From: Harriotta raleighana
Lineage: Eukaryota
Reading direction: 5' to 3'
DNA length: 64,000 nucleotides
Assembly (NCBI GenBank): GCA_050575255.1
Contig: JBNZDD010013730.1
Location: 3,671,538-3,735,537 of the forward strand
The notes below the pieces were generated by a model. It did not search any database. It saw nothing but the letters and a program-made list of their open reading frames with translations, and was not told the origin of the DNA. Positions 27,143 through 40,455 of this stretch are shown piece by piece (positions within the stretch are counted from its first letter, which is position 1; every line of letters begins with the position of its first letter). A program made the translations under genes and the position numbers.

Positions 27143-30100
27143 CAACTTTCCTTCTGTTCTCAATCTGAGCTGGTTCAACACTTTTTTGGTCCATGGAAAT
27201 GAAAGAAAGACAGTTGAGCTTTAACTCTTCAATAATAGTACAGAGTAAGGGAATAACAACAACAAATTATATTTGTGTGACGCCTTTCACGTCAGGAGAA
27301 CGTCCCAAGGCATTGGATGGTCAGGGAATTGGATCTGGTCTAGTATGCTTTCCGTATCAACTTTAAGACTGTTCGATACTGATCTTGTTACAGTGGAGGC
27401 GAAGCATAACTTATCAGTCTCAGAAGACAAAAAAGCAACCTAACCCAGCCCCTCACATAGACCTTCTGGTGGCTAGTGACTGAGCACTATTGGCAGAGGT
27501 CTATAAGAGCTGGAAACTTGACTACCCTCTCAATTCAGATGTGAGACTCTACCCTGCGTGAAGGGCGCAATATCAAATGCAAAGATTATTATATAAGTGC
27601 AAGTTATTGTTGTTTTGTTGATGAATTTAGAGATGTAAAAAGGAAAGAGAATAGAGTTGCAAAAAGAGAAAGCATATTGCCATATTTGTTTTCAAGCAGA
27701 AAAAAAAGACATATTATTCAATAGCAAGAATTTGCTAGATGCTTTAGGCATTAGTACCCATTTAAGCTTTGATGTGAAAGTACAGAGAAACAACAAATAA
27801 ATGCATCAATGTATTTCATCTTTATTGTTTCTTTTATCTAGTAAATGGAACATCTGAGGAAGAGACTGGAGATAGGGCTGTTATGCTAATAGAAAAGGGA
27901 TGGATGAGGCAGAGAATTGTGCTAAAACACTTTTGGTTTTCTATTAGTTTGCACATTCATATTATTCTATAAATGTCCTTAACCTCTTTTCTTCCTCTAG
28001 AAAACCAAAGAATGTCAATTCTTAGCCTCTAGCCATTTAGAATAAAGCCCTCGGCCTAAACCCAACACCATCATTATAAAGGCATTCGTATAATCTAAAC
28101 TCGCAGATCCTCATCAATTTATTATTAACAAGTGCATTACTTTGTAATGCATGGAAATGTTCTTTTTAGGATTAAGTTAATGGGTGACTGGTTAGAGTTG
28201 GATAACAAGCACAGGGCAGATAGCCCACAGTATGAAAGTATTATACTCACACATGAGGCATTATTAAAGAAACAAAGATAAATATTGCAACCCTGGGAGG
28301 TACATATTCAAGGCTTTTAACCCCAAGACAGAAAGAGATAGAGAGAAGGACAAAGCACAATCCCTGATCCTGAAAGATTGCAGGAGATTAAAGCGGTGTC
28401 AGTGCCACATTGGGGAATTTGTGCTAGGCCAAATCCCCGAAGCAGTTAGAAATCGCCTGTCATCAGAGCTCCTCTGAGCAACGACCATTTGTTGGTCATT
28501 GAAGTGAGTTTGCATGACAGAAGTTGCTGCAGACTTCTGAAATGTGATTTATCTTGTGTAAGAAAAAGGTTAGATTTTATTTAAACTGATCTGATGCAGC
28601 TGTTGTGCATTGGAACCCTTTGGTTTGCTCGTCTTGTGAAGCAGATTAAAAGATAACTATTTTTGTTAATGATGGTGTTTTAAGACATCAAATTTATTTT
28701 ATTTGTTTCTCAGTGTTTTCACCCATTGTGTATAGATGAAGGGAATCTACCAATTTAAAAGTCATACAACTATATATTAAAAAAATGATGTGATGTCTTC
28801 GAGGAGAATATGGAATGAGGGAAAGCGTGGCATTGGATAACAAAGTCAAATCCAGCAAATCCTATTTTACAAAATACATTTAATGCTCTTACTTCTGGGC
28901 AGCCAAATGCCTCGATGCTTAAAGTACAAGAAAACATGCAGGCTTCAGAATTCCTCCAAAAAAGAAAGTTGAGAAAGTAGCGAAAGAAATTGAGAGAGAA
29001 ATTATTCTGCAGCTTCTTCAAACCATTATTATGATTATTATTATACTCATTATCCCGATCTTATAATGTCAGTAACCAAGTTCAAGTACTTTCACCAAAG
29101 GCATTCATTCACCAAAGGCTTTCAAAGCAGGTTTCCCAAAGCCAGTCAGAAACGTTGGCAAGTGATCTTAATCAACAACAAACTAGACCATCTCTAATGA
29201 GAAGAATAACAATTTGGCTGGGCTACACAATATAGTAATTGTATCTTGGAACTCTGAGATCACAAACCACAAGAGTAGAGTTTAAACAGCTATTAAAATT
29301 GTCAGAATCCTGAGATTTAACAGTGCCTTAGATCTCATTGCCAGACATCTGTTATTGTCTTCATGTTTTGGTAAGGACCAATCTCACACATCCACTGTCA
29401 TGGTTACCAGAATATCATCATCTATTGTAAGAGTTTATGGGGAGGTGTAGGCATTAATAATAAATGTTTAAATAATGATTGCAGCAGCCCAGTAGCTCAA
29501 AGCTGTTAACCTAGAAGGTTGTAAGTTTGAATCCCATAGATGGCTGTGATTTGAACTCACTTGGCCAACTTGGCACAGATGAAGTGCCACGCGATAGTCA
29601 TTCCACATGGAATAGTTGCTAGCCTGGTATTTTATCTGGTATTCCAAATAATAGTTTACTTCCAGGCGAGTTCACCAGTCAATATCGACTCACTGATGTG
29701 CTACAGTGTGGGCTGATTTGAGAAACCGTGCACATATGTACCTGTGGATAAAAGTAATAGCATAGAAATACAATACAAACACAAAGTTTCATTTGTGTAA
29801 TGCTTTCATTTTGGATTAAAAAGTCATTAATGCATCAATTTATGCTACAGTCTGGCTTTGCTGACATGTTTGAGACATCCAGTGGAGATCCAGTGCTAAT
29901 ATTGTACAACAGTTGACATTGTTTGCTGATAAGCCATGAAGTAGCAAAGTATCGTTGCGTCCACTCTGATTGAAATACAGTTCTAATGTCAAATGAAATA
30001 CACACCCAAATCTTTTTTTTATTTCTCTCCGTTTGGGTTTCGATGTTTAAAATAACGAACCAAAAAGCCAAAGGGCTGTGGCACATCAGCAGAAGATGGG

Positions 30101-30269
30101 CTATTTGTCTTAGTTCCTGCAGTGTCATTGATTTGATCGTTCATTTTGATGGTACATTTTCTTCTTGAATGCCCACGGCTTATTTTGCCAAGTGAACAAG
30201 TGGGTGAGTACTGCCTAAAAGTGAATTAAAAACAGATCTTTAGCTCAATTTGATGATTCCAATATGCGA

Positions 30270-30575
30270 CTCGTTTAATGTTTGAGCACTCGCCTTGCAA
30301 GCAATAAGAGACTTCTGTTCGATTCCCAGCAGGGTAAAAACTTTGGCAAGTTTCCTTACTTCCACACACCTGATAATAATCCCTCAAAAAAAAACAATAA
30401 TAAATTGGTCATTTCAATTCACGACTGCTTGTGGGACGCTGCTGTGCGCAATTGGCTGCTGCATTTCACCCACAATATATGCAGTCAATTCACTTTATAG
30501 TATATTCTGTGAAGTGCTTTGAGATGTCTAGAAGATGTGAAAAGTTCTGTATCGAATGGAAGAATTATTATTAAT
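30270..30575 (+). mobile_element. Same SINE family, near full length, followed by an AAT-rich tract
   Basis: Aligns by eye to 5619-5944 along its whole length. Confidence 0.9.
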
Positions 30576-33500
30576 AATCAAAAATAATAATATCATTATT
30601 AATAATAAAATAATTATTTGGGATTATTATTATTACTATTATCAAATGTGGCTGTAACTCAGCAATGGACTTCAGGGGTTCTGGTAAACATACAAGTAAA
30701 AATATTGGTTTATTGGTTAAATAAAGCTAAATAACATTTGTTCAGATAAATATCAAACAAATCACGTAATGTAAACAGAAACAACTAGAGAGTTTGGGGA
30801 AATAAGAGACCAACAATATCGTAGGATTTTTCAAATCTTATCTTATTTAATTATTTTGCAAAATATTTATTTTAATATTGCTGCAATAGAGTTATCTGAG
30901 TAGCAGTGTAATATTACTGCAATATTTTCAGCTCGTTTGGATACAAGATGAAATAATTTTAAAATGACCAGCCCGGGAAGCCTAAAATTCCCTGGAGCTG
31001 TATATCGGGCTCCGAATTACCATCAGTGTGAAGGAACGTTCCACAGTACGAAGCCTTCTGCCACCCTCCCCCACCTCTCCTATCTTCACATATGATTCTT
31101 GCTTGGCTTTCAGTGAGTTAGAGATCGTTGCCACCTGATTGTACGTGCTATCACTTTATTAGCAAAAATAATATTAACTTTAAGCGCATATTCCATTTCA
31201 ATTCCACCTATTGATTTAAAGTTACATTGGCGTGATGATTGCTTGAGAATTCATACTAATTGCCCAGTTCAATGTAGTGTTTGATCAGTTTAACAGAGGC
31301 GTAAATATTTCCTTTGTTATTTGTAAATAGGAGTTTAATACCCTTGCTCGCTCCGAAATATTAAAACGTAAAAACAGATTTTTTTTAAAAAAAGTGATGT
31401 TCAAATAAACTTCTACTTTACGGTAGCCATTCAGTGGAACATGAGAACATTTGAATGACAAGGCCAACAATTTGTCCTGCTTACTAAATTAGAGTGCATA
31501 AATTGCAAAATATAATGAAACAGCAATTTGCATATTTGCTGCAATATTAAAAGGGATCAGTTTTAGCTCACCAACCAGAACAAACAAAAACACGCAATTT
31601 AATATCTCAATTTACTCCAAGTAAGTGACCCTCACCAGAAAGCCTGATTAGCGATTAATTAGGAGCCTAAAAAAACTAAATCCTCTCTCAAATCCCACTC
31701 TGTGTGTATAGTGCAAGATGCAGCCACGAGTTTAGTCCCCGATCCAATATTTACTCTTCGCTGATATGTTTGCATGAGAATCTTTCAGGGTATTACAAAG
31801 ACATGGAAAAAATTAATATTCAAATATAGTGCCTATGAAAATAATCATCACATGCAGGTGGCAAAGCAATTATCAAGCTGGCATTTATGGTATATTTAAT
31901 TAATAGTTTGTCTATTGCAAACCCAGTTTTAATTTCTTAAATGTTTAATCCTTATTTATCAAATATAGCACACTATTTTGGAGTGACATCTGGTCAAATA
32001 AAAAAGCAATTTGAAAAAGATTGAATATGCCATAACATTTTAGCGTTCAAAATGCAAAATTCCCCCCAAAAAAACTAGGTTGGGAGAGTTGATACATTTA
32101 TATTGTGTTTGATCCGCACAAGGAATAGCACAGTTTCTTTTTGTTTATTTGCATTTTGCCTTCAAAATACAATAGAGTGTACCTGTGACATGAGTCCTGC
32201 ACCAAACCACCTCAGCAATTTGATGTTAAGCATGTCTTCCCTTCAGATTCAATGCAAAAGAATGTAATGTACCAGCAGGTGCAAACTTCAATCTTTTAAT
32301 TTTAATATTTTGCATCTGTGAGCATTTGGGAACTGTCTTTCATTGCTGAGTCGGAGATGCAATTTATGTATTGGAAATTCAGCAAATTTAGTTAAAAATA
32401 ATTTTGTAGACATCACACGGAAAGCTTTGATTAATATGAAAACTGCAAAGGAGATTCCATATTCAGCCTGAATAGCCTCTAACTCTCTGGACTCGCAATC
32501 TCAATTTCTGCTAGTTATGACAAATCTATTTTTCATGGTAAAAGTAGGCCAATGATTGCAAGCTATTCAAGCACAATATTTGCGTGTGGCCTAATGCGTT
32601 GTGGATAGCTCCTTTAACCTCATATGTCAGTGTGCCCTAATTTCTTAATATAGTACGATCGAAAGCATTCCAATTTGTGCAGAATTTAATGAAGCAGCTT
32701 GAAAACGGATCGGTTTAATAAGAATTTTGATTAGATTAAAATCATTCTCTTTCATTGTTACAGAAGAGTAAAATTCAAACAGTTTTACAAGCGCTAGACC
32801 TTAGTACCTTCGCTGAAGCTTTTGCATAAAAGGAAAATCCGAATAAAAGCATTGAATAAAAAAAAAAAACACCTTTCTTCTTCTGCTACCATCTCCTTCC
32901 ATCTACTTTGGAAGGGGAGTCGTTTTTTCTCCACACGGAAAAAAAAACTTACATTTGTTGAACACCAGTTTTGTAGCCAATGAAAAGCTGAATTGTTATA
33001 TCATTAGTGCCCACCAGATCCATCTTTGATGTGCAAAATCACATCAAACCATAAAGCAGGAACCGAGAAGGAATAAATGTGACGCACTCATCCCCATACA
33101 GAGCTTGCACTGGGAGAAGTAAAGTCACCCACAGTACTTTGTGTTAAAATCCATCCACCACTTCCCTCACCCTTCTGTCTAATTGTATCAGATCTGATTC
33201 AATGTTATTTATCCTGCTTAGATTGTCACCAATCCACATAGTTTGGTATAAACAGCAAGTTTAATAATAAGAAGAAATTGTCTCTTCCAAGTCTAACTTG
33301 AAAATAATGGGAACAGAAGGATTTCCCAATACAGATTCCCAGAAAACACAAGTAGCCGCAAAGAGAGGGAGATTTTTTCCCCCCATTGATCATACCACCT
33401 GCTTCTTATTGTTAAAGGAGATAATACAGAGGTGTGTTACACAGTTATATATCTGAAAATACCATTAAACATCATGCACATACAATATAATGGTAAATAT

Positions 33501-35525
33501 TAGTAACTTAATTGAAATGGTTTGTTTCTGTTTGGCAGCACTAAAAGGTATAAAAGAATGTCTATCACTAAATACAGTTTACACTTAACACTTGCGTTTG
33601 ATATGGCAATTTATCACGTCTCTTTAATATACAATCTAATGACTAATGAAAACAAATAGAATTGTACCAGATATACAAAAAGTTTTTTTTTAATACAGTG
33701 GTAATGGGTCAGTTAAGAGCTTGAAGCAGTCAGGAAAACAAAATGTGAATCTAATGATAAAATGAATCTTACTAAAGGCATTACATTAGAGCGAAAATAC
33801 AAAAACCACATAATCCAATCACTACGATACAACTACAACAACAACTTCGATTTATATGGTGCACTCCACGCCGGATGGCATCTCAGAGCGCTTAAATGGA
33901 CACAGTTACTTGATATTGTAACCTGCTTGAAGTGCTGTTCTGAGGCAGGCTAGCCAATGCCCAAGTAGACCAACACTTGAAATGCAAATCAGTAGCAAAG
34001 CTGACTAATAATGAGAGCAAATTCCAGCAGCAGGAAAAAATGCATACATTAAAAAAGATCTGAACGACTGGTAGAGAATCCAGGAGGCACCCTGATGTCC
34101 TCAATTAGGGCGAGTGACATTCACAGTATATGTTACTTTATTAAAGCCCTCACTATGTATTCAAAAGCACATGACTCTAACACTGTTAACATTTTAATGT
34201 ATGGGGCGTGCCTGGTAACACTAATTGCCAGCCGATTTAGCTGGTTTCTGAATCTCTTTGATGTCCTGCTCCAAATCGAAATCTGAGCTGTAGCTTAGGA
34301 GTGTTACATCAAAAAATAATAAGAAATATTTACTGAACTGCACAAGTCATGGTATGCTCATCTGGTTCAAATATACTTATTTACTCTGAGTCTCAACTGA
34401 AAGGCTAAAGAGCCCATTTAATGAATTTTAAAGAGGATGGAATTCTATGTGGTTTTCTCAGCAGACAGAATGGCACAAAACCTATATCTGAATGTACCCA
34501 CAAAATTTCTATCAATCCCACAATTTGCGTCTTCCAATAAGGGAGAGAATTCTGGCGATTACAGACATGTTCTTAATAATGAAAGATTAATTCAATGGCT
34601 TCTATAAAATATGTTATAGGCAAATGGATTTATAACACTAGGAAAATCTTAGAGACTTACTCTAAATCCTCGTGACTTAGATTTGTGCACATGTTGCTTA
34701 ACAATATACATATGTATATTTTATTAAATTTATCTAAGGAGCATCTAAATTATTGCTGTGTGATATCAATCCAATTTTGTGCTGCAGAGTTTAACCAATC
34801 TGGGAAAAAGGAATTGAGTGGATTAAGAAAGCCAGAATCATTCTGTAGTTAGAGTGATCCGAGTGCCTTGTGCAAGAGAACAACTTAATCACCTCGACAG
34901 ACATCAGACATGTACATCTACCCAGGTACTCTGACAAGCATCTGAAAAAACTTAGAACCATTACAGAATTACATCTGCAAGAGTACGTAAAATTCAACAT
35001 TTACTGATATTTTTCTGATATTTACCTTTGCAAAGGGAGGTGCACAGTTGATCATACATCAACCTAAAAGATAAAGATTTACAAATAAATACAATATTCC
35101 AAAAAAAAAGAAAAATGTGTTTGACAACTTTTTAAAAATCAGGATTAAGGATTTTTCTATGAATAGAAATTCATACTGTGGTAAAGCAAATCTTTGCTAG
35201 GGATCTGACACTTTTCATGGCCAGTACAAGGGCAGATAAAGTACCACCTAGCTGTTGAAGCTCTAATCAAACAGAATAAATCATCAAAGAGACCAATATA
35301 TTTGTAATTTGATAGATTTTCATATTTAGAACTAACTAGAGGAGTCAGAGAGCATTAAGTGAAGGTTAGGAGAATTCATCACTGAAAGCAAAAATAATGT
35401 GGACAAAGGCAATAGCCTGAGTTTATGTTGGATGTTTAAACATTACATTATAGAAAGCAACACCATCAATATGGAGATCCCCATCAATACGAAGACATAT
35501 TTAACTCCTTACTCTTGCAAGTAGT

Positions 35526-35836
35526 AATGTAGCTCAGTTGTTAGAGCACTCAATTTATAAGCAAGAGACCTGTGTTCGACTCCAGGCAGGACAAAACCTT
35601 AGGGAAGTTTCCTTACTACACATGCCTAATAATAATAATCCCTCAAACATAAAACAGTAAATTGGTGATTTCAATCCACGACTGTTTGTGGGGGACGCTG
35701 CTGTGCGCAATTGACTGCCGCATTTCGCCCACAAATATACAGTCAATTCCCTTTACAGTATATTCTGTGAAGCGCTTTGAGACATCCAGAAGACGTGAAA
35801 AGCGCTATATCAAATGCAAGGATTATTATATTATTA
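35526..35836 (+). mobile_element. Same SINE family, full length
   Basis: tagctcagttgttagagcac...gttcgactccaggcag...aagcgctatatcaaatgcaaggattatt. Confidence 0.92.
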
Positions 35837-36057
35837 TGTTTCTATATTTCAGGAACCAACAAATGCCGCATTATCAAAGGTGGAGCAGATTCAATCTCAC
35901 CTAAATTGCATTCTTTTAGGACCTATCTGTCCTTGATAAATTTAGCCCAACATGAATGTGCCTAGTGACAACAGTGGTGTTTTCGTAAGTCATTGCAAAT
36001 ATATTCAGAAATATCTCCAGGCAGAGAATAGTCCACCAGAGAACATTCTTTATCCAG

Positions 36058-36201
36058 TGAGCATCAGAATAACCCACTTGACTCCAAACAGCAGATTGAC
36101 ATGAGAGGAGTCAAAGACAGGAAAGAGCTGAAGGGCAGTGGTGAAGCAGAGGATTCTCGTGAAAGCATCGCTAACGTGTGCGACAAGATCTGCCAGAGAA
36201 G
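36058..36201 (+). CDS. Weak candidate internal exon, product unknown
   Basis: ttctttatccag| ... AAG|gtgaac, 144 bp, open frame EHQNNPLDSKQQIDMRGVKDRKELKGSGEAEDSRESIANVCDKICQR. The donor is weak. Confidence 0.22.
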
Positions 36202-36397
36202 GTGAACACTCTGTGCACAGATACAAACAGAGTGAAATCAAAGAGTAGAATTTTATGATGGAATGTTAAAAATGTATGATCATGGGCAGAGGTGTTAATC
36301 AAGGTAAAATAAAATAACCAAAGAGAGCAGTTTAACCCTTTAACACGACCTCCTATATCCAGAGTCTCGAACCACTTCAGAAGTTTGTCTAATGCTG

Positions 36398-36513
36398 ATT
36401 TCGCCCGTAAATATACAGTCAATTCACTTTACAGCATAATCTGTGAAGTGCTTTGAGACGTCGATAAGATGTCAAATGCGCTATATCAAATGCAATGATT
36501 ATTATTATTATTA
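36398..36513 (+). mobile_element. SINE 3' fragment
   Basis: tttcgcccgtaaatatacagtcaattcactttacag...tattattatta. Confidence 0.85.
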
Positions 36514-37307
36514 ATATTTCAGAATATACTTGTTGCATTGAATATTAAAAATATACATACAGGCATTTCATAATCTAAGAGAACAAGTCCAAAACATGAG
36601 CTCTTCAAATCTTTATGTACAGATAAAAACTTTGACCCACTTTATTCATTCTTCTGTAACCACCAATTTTTTTTAAATGCATGCTGACTAAATTATTTGA
36701 AACACATTGCTTCAGGAAGAAAATATTCCCAATTCTCAGTGTCATCGTCTTTTGGACCACACTGGCCCAATTTGGTTTCGATATTTCTTCTCAAATGGTA
36801 CTGACGGAATTACATGCACAACGTGTAGGTGAGACTGAGATTTCCACACTTTTACTTAAATAGTTATTCATCGTTTCGTTTATAAAATGAACAATTTTTC
36901 ACCTGCAAACTCTGGATTGTGTGCGGTAATAATTTAAATAAAAGCTTAACATTTGTTACGTAAAAGCGAGTTTAAAAAAAAAAAGATCCACAGTTTCAAT
37001 GAAGGTATTTAGTAAATTGCCTTTCGTACATTTTGGAAAGAGAACAACATTGCTTTCAGTGAGTTGGAGTATTTGTTGGGAAGGAGACCTGTCCACTAAT
37101 GGCATACTGTCCCCTAGTGGTACACTTTGCAAAACAGCCAGTGAAAAAATCCCTTTGTTTTGTTTTCAACAAATCAAACAACTTCCAGGCAAATATTCAC
37201 AGGATATTACAGTTTTATTTTGAATTTCACCTTTGCATTCAATAAATCCATAGAAGAAATCATAGGAAATATAAGTGGGTGGGTGGCAGATGCTGTAAGG
37301 GAGGCAA

Positions 37308-37495
37308 TAATAATAATAATAATCCTCAGTTTGATCCAGCGCCTTATCCCGTCTTCGAGACGTCTCAAAACGGCTTCACAGGCCACACTGTAAAGTGAAC
37401 TGACTGGATATTCTTTGTGGGTGAAACGCGGCAGCCAATTGCGCACGGATGGCAGTGTCCCACAAACAGTCATGGATTGAAGTGATTTATTTTTT
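37308..37495 (-). mobile_element. SINE 3' half, variant tail
   Basis: cactgtaaagtgaactgactg...cggcagccaattgcgcac...cccacaaacagtc. Confidence 0.8.
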
Positions 37496-38322
37496 TACTG
37501 AAAGGCGGGGCTTATAGCATGGCATAGACTCACACCAGTGTGCGGTGTCAGTGGGGGGGGGAGTGGGGGTGAGGGGGCAGCGGGCGAGGTTAAGATCCTC
37601 CTTTTGTCCCATTAGAAGGAATCTACTTTTATGTATGCAACCATATTGTTCACTTTGTGAACGTTGCTGCTGAAAGATCGAAGCTGGACTTCTTCTGAGT
37701 TGTTAATGAACTGTGGTCCTGGTTCTTCTTATTTCTCTGGGCACCATCACCAGGTGTGCAGATAAGAGGATCAAAACCACAGCGAAGGCAAGAAAGTCAA
37801 AGTACCAGCAATCTGTATAATAACAGATTGAATTCCATCTGCCCATTGGAGTGATCCCTTCTCCTGGCTGCCCGTTTACTCGCCACCTTAACGTTCAAAC
37901 TGCTCACCACTGCGTATGCACACCCCTTCCCCAGCTTCAAAACCAGCCGTTGCAGCAGCATTAGACGAGGGATGGGAAATTTCTTACTCCATTGAAAATA
38001 GGTCTTGAACCTGCACAGTGAGATCTCCCAGGCGGAATATAACCTCACTCTCACAAACATCTTAAATTCTATGTGGTGTTCAGCTGGGGATATAAAGTTA
38101 CCAACAGATCTGGCAGCCAGACCGAAAATCTGATAATGATGTCAAGTTTTAAATCACTAAAAATGCAATTAATCTGCGTAAAGCATCCACGATGCTGATA
38201 TTGCTGTGGGATTCTTCAATCACAAAACACAATCAATGTTCAGCGTAGCCCATCAATTTGCAAACCAGTCCTACAGTAGCATTAGAACAAGGTTCCTACA
38301 TCCACCCACATCTACCCCCCCC

Positions 38323-38325
<3 letters not shown>

Positions 38326-38353
<28 letters not shown>
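38326..38353 (+). repeat. (AC)n microsatellite after poly-C
   Basis: Directly visible in the sequence. Confidence 0.95.
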
Positions 38354-38357
<4 letters not shown>

Positions 38358-38475
38358 GAGAGATAGGCTCACAAGACAACAACAACAAAATTACATTTGT
38401 ATAGCGCCTTTCCATGTATATATACTCCCAACATGAGTTTCAATACTGTGCTGAAGATAAGAATGTGCAGGTACA

Positions 38476-38715
38476 ACAAAAAAAATTCATTTGTAGAACA
38501 CCTTACACGTCGGGAGGACATCGCAAGACACCGAACAGTCAGGTTGGGACCCGAGCAAGGTAAAGGGGCAGGGTAGAGGGGAGAGGAGGGAGGGAGAGAG
38601 TTGGAAGGGGGGCAGAAGGCACGATCAAAGAGGAAGGTCTTGAGACAGCCTTGAAGGAGACAGGGGAGGAAGCAAGGCGAGGGGACTGTGAGATGGAGTT
38701 CCAGAGTGCTCAACA
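38476..38715 (-). mobile_element. L2 3' UTR fragment
   Basis: Antisense of the 21600-21843 region (cacgtcgggaggac...gaaggtcttgagac...ggagttccagagtg). Confidence 0.85.
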
Positions 38716-40300
38716 TCGATCCATCCAAACCCCCAGTTTATACTTTGTGACATGGCGCTAAACAATCATGAGCTGAGGAGTTTCATAGAGTGAGAACGCA
38801 TGTTTCAAAAGACGTAACAATCTGTCTGAAACTATTTCAAGATACATTCCTGCTCTTGTTTCAAGTCCACTTCATTTATGAGAAGGAAACTACAGGACAT
38901 CATTTTTTCCCTTTTGTTTCTATTCCATTTAAGTGCAGATTCGAACAGCAGTGACTCCTTAACTCTTTCACTGGCTGGTGTGTGTTCGCACTCAAACCGT
39001 GGAACATTATTTGCATGGATTTAGTGCACAAATGAAATTTAAACCAAAATACATTAACCTCATCTGGACTGTATTCTGTTGAAGCCCTAATGCATAAATT
39101 GGGATTGGTAAAGGGATTAAGTATATACTTTTTAAAAGCCAACACTGTTCTGTTAAAACAATCACACAACTAACAGCATGTCCATTAACCCTGAATAGCT
39201 AATAGTTTAATTTATCCCTTATTAAATATAATAAAGTATGAGGAAAGGATGGCAGAGTTTCATGGAAGACAACATGCAGGAGTAGGGGAGTGGTGGTGGG
39301 GGGTGGGTGGGGGGGCAGGGGGGAGGGAGACATGATCCAGATCTTTAAATGGATGGCTGATGTTGAATTACAAAGACCACTGGACCAGAGTGCGGACTTT
39401 TAAAATCATGAAATCTTAAAATAGACTTTATTTTTAAAAAAACACTAAGCAATGAAAAAAGTCTAACTTGAATTGGGGCTTTAAATTAAAGCCTTTGTCA
39501 CTATTAAAAGCATTGTTGTTAACATTTTAAAAAATTGAAAATATTTTGAGTGTACAATATGTAGATTAATTTTAGCTTGTGTATGTATTTTTAATCCCAC
39601 GTTTAGTTTCTTCATCCAGCAGCATAATAGGTCAAGTAAGTCAACTTTCTGTTGTTGATTTACACAGGAGAATTTAACACTATGGGGCTGACATGATATA
39701 AAAATTGAGTAAAAGGACTTTTTTAATACAATAATTACATGAGTATCCGGCCCATTCCTAAATGCAATTGACTGTATATTTTGTGTGAGAAACACAGCAG
39801 CTAATTGACCATGACCATGACGAACAGAATTATAGCAGTTTCTGTGGCTAACGTATTCAATTATTGTAGTGAATTGCACAAACATTTTTAGTAGTACATT
39901 GATCAAGAATATATCCTTACACATTGATCATGTACAGTACATGTAATGATTTTGTTCGGTCATTGTGTCAGAGCAGAAAATATGTGCTCACTTGCACAAT
40001 AGTATAACCTCAGCTTTCTAAACAGGACAAGGAGAACTGACTTCTATAGGAACCTCGCACATCTCAGTAAAGTTTAACCACTGCTACATGAAAGAAAAGT
40101 CAGCACAGCGACATCCACCAGGATAATATTGCTGAGGAAGCTTCAGTTAAGGTACTCATCAAGGGTAAGAAAATAAGTAGTGATAAAGGAGTCATCTGGT
40201 ATGGGGTTGAGTTCCAAAACAATCCAATTTACATTATTGGTCACAACAATATACTCTCAAGCAGAAAACTTGTATTACTCACTGCTTTAAAATCTTGCTC

Positions 40301-40455
40301 TTCATTAAGCTCGCTAACCTCAGGTCTGAACTTTTAAATATTCATCTTCATTCCTCCTCCTCTTCCTCCTCAGTGACTNTTCATTAAGCTCGCTAACCTC
40401 AGGTCTGAACTTTTAAATATTCATCTTCATTCCTCCTCCTCTTCCTCCTCAGTGA
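40301..40455 (+). other. 76-bp exact duplication across a single N (likely unmerged contig overlap)
   Basis: 40301-40376 is identical to 40380-40455, with N at 40379. Confidence 0.85.

Noticed and set aside
39285-39330. G-rich tracts with G-quadruplex potential (also ~37550, ~42340, ~43506)
   Set aside because: These are low-complexity tracts with no promoter or CpG-island context.
39481-39924. 147-aa minus-strand ORF
   Set aside because: It is AT-rich, includes a SINE fragment, and has no recognisable motif or splice support.
40301-40455. Perfect 76-bp tandem duplication as a biological repeat
   Set aside because: The identical copies straddle a single N, which is typical of an unmerged contig overlap.
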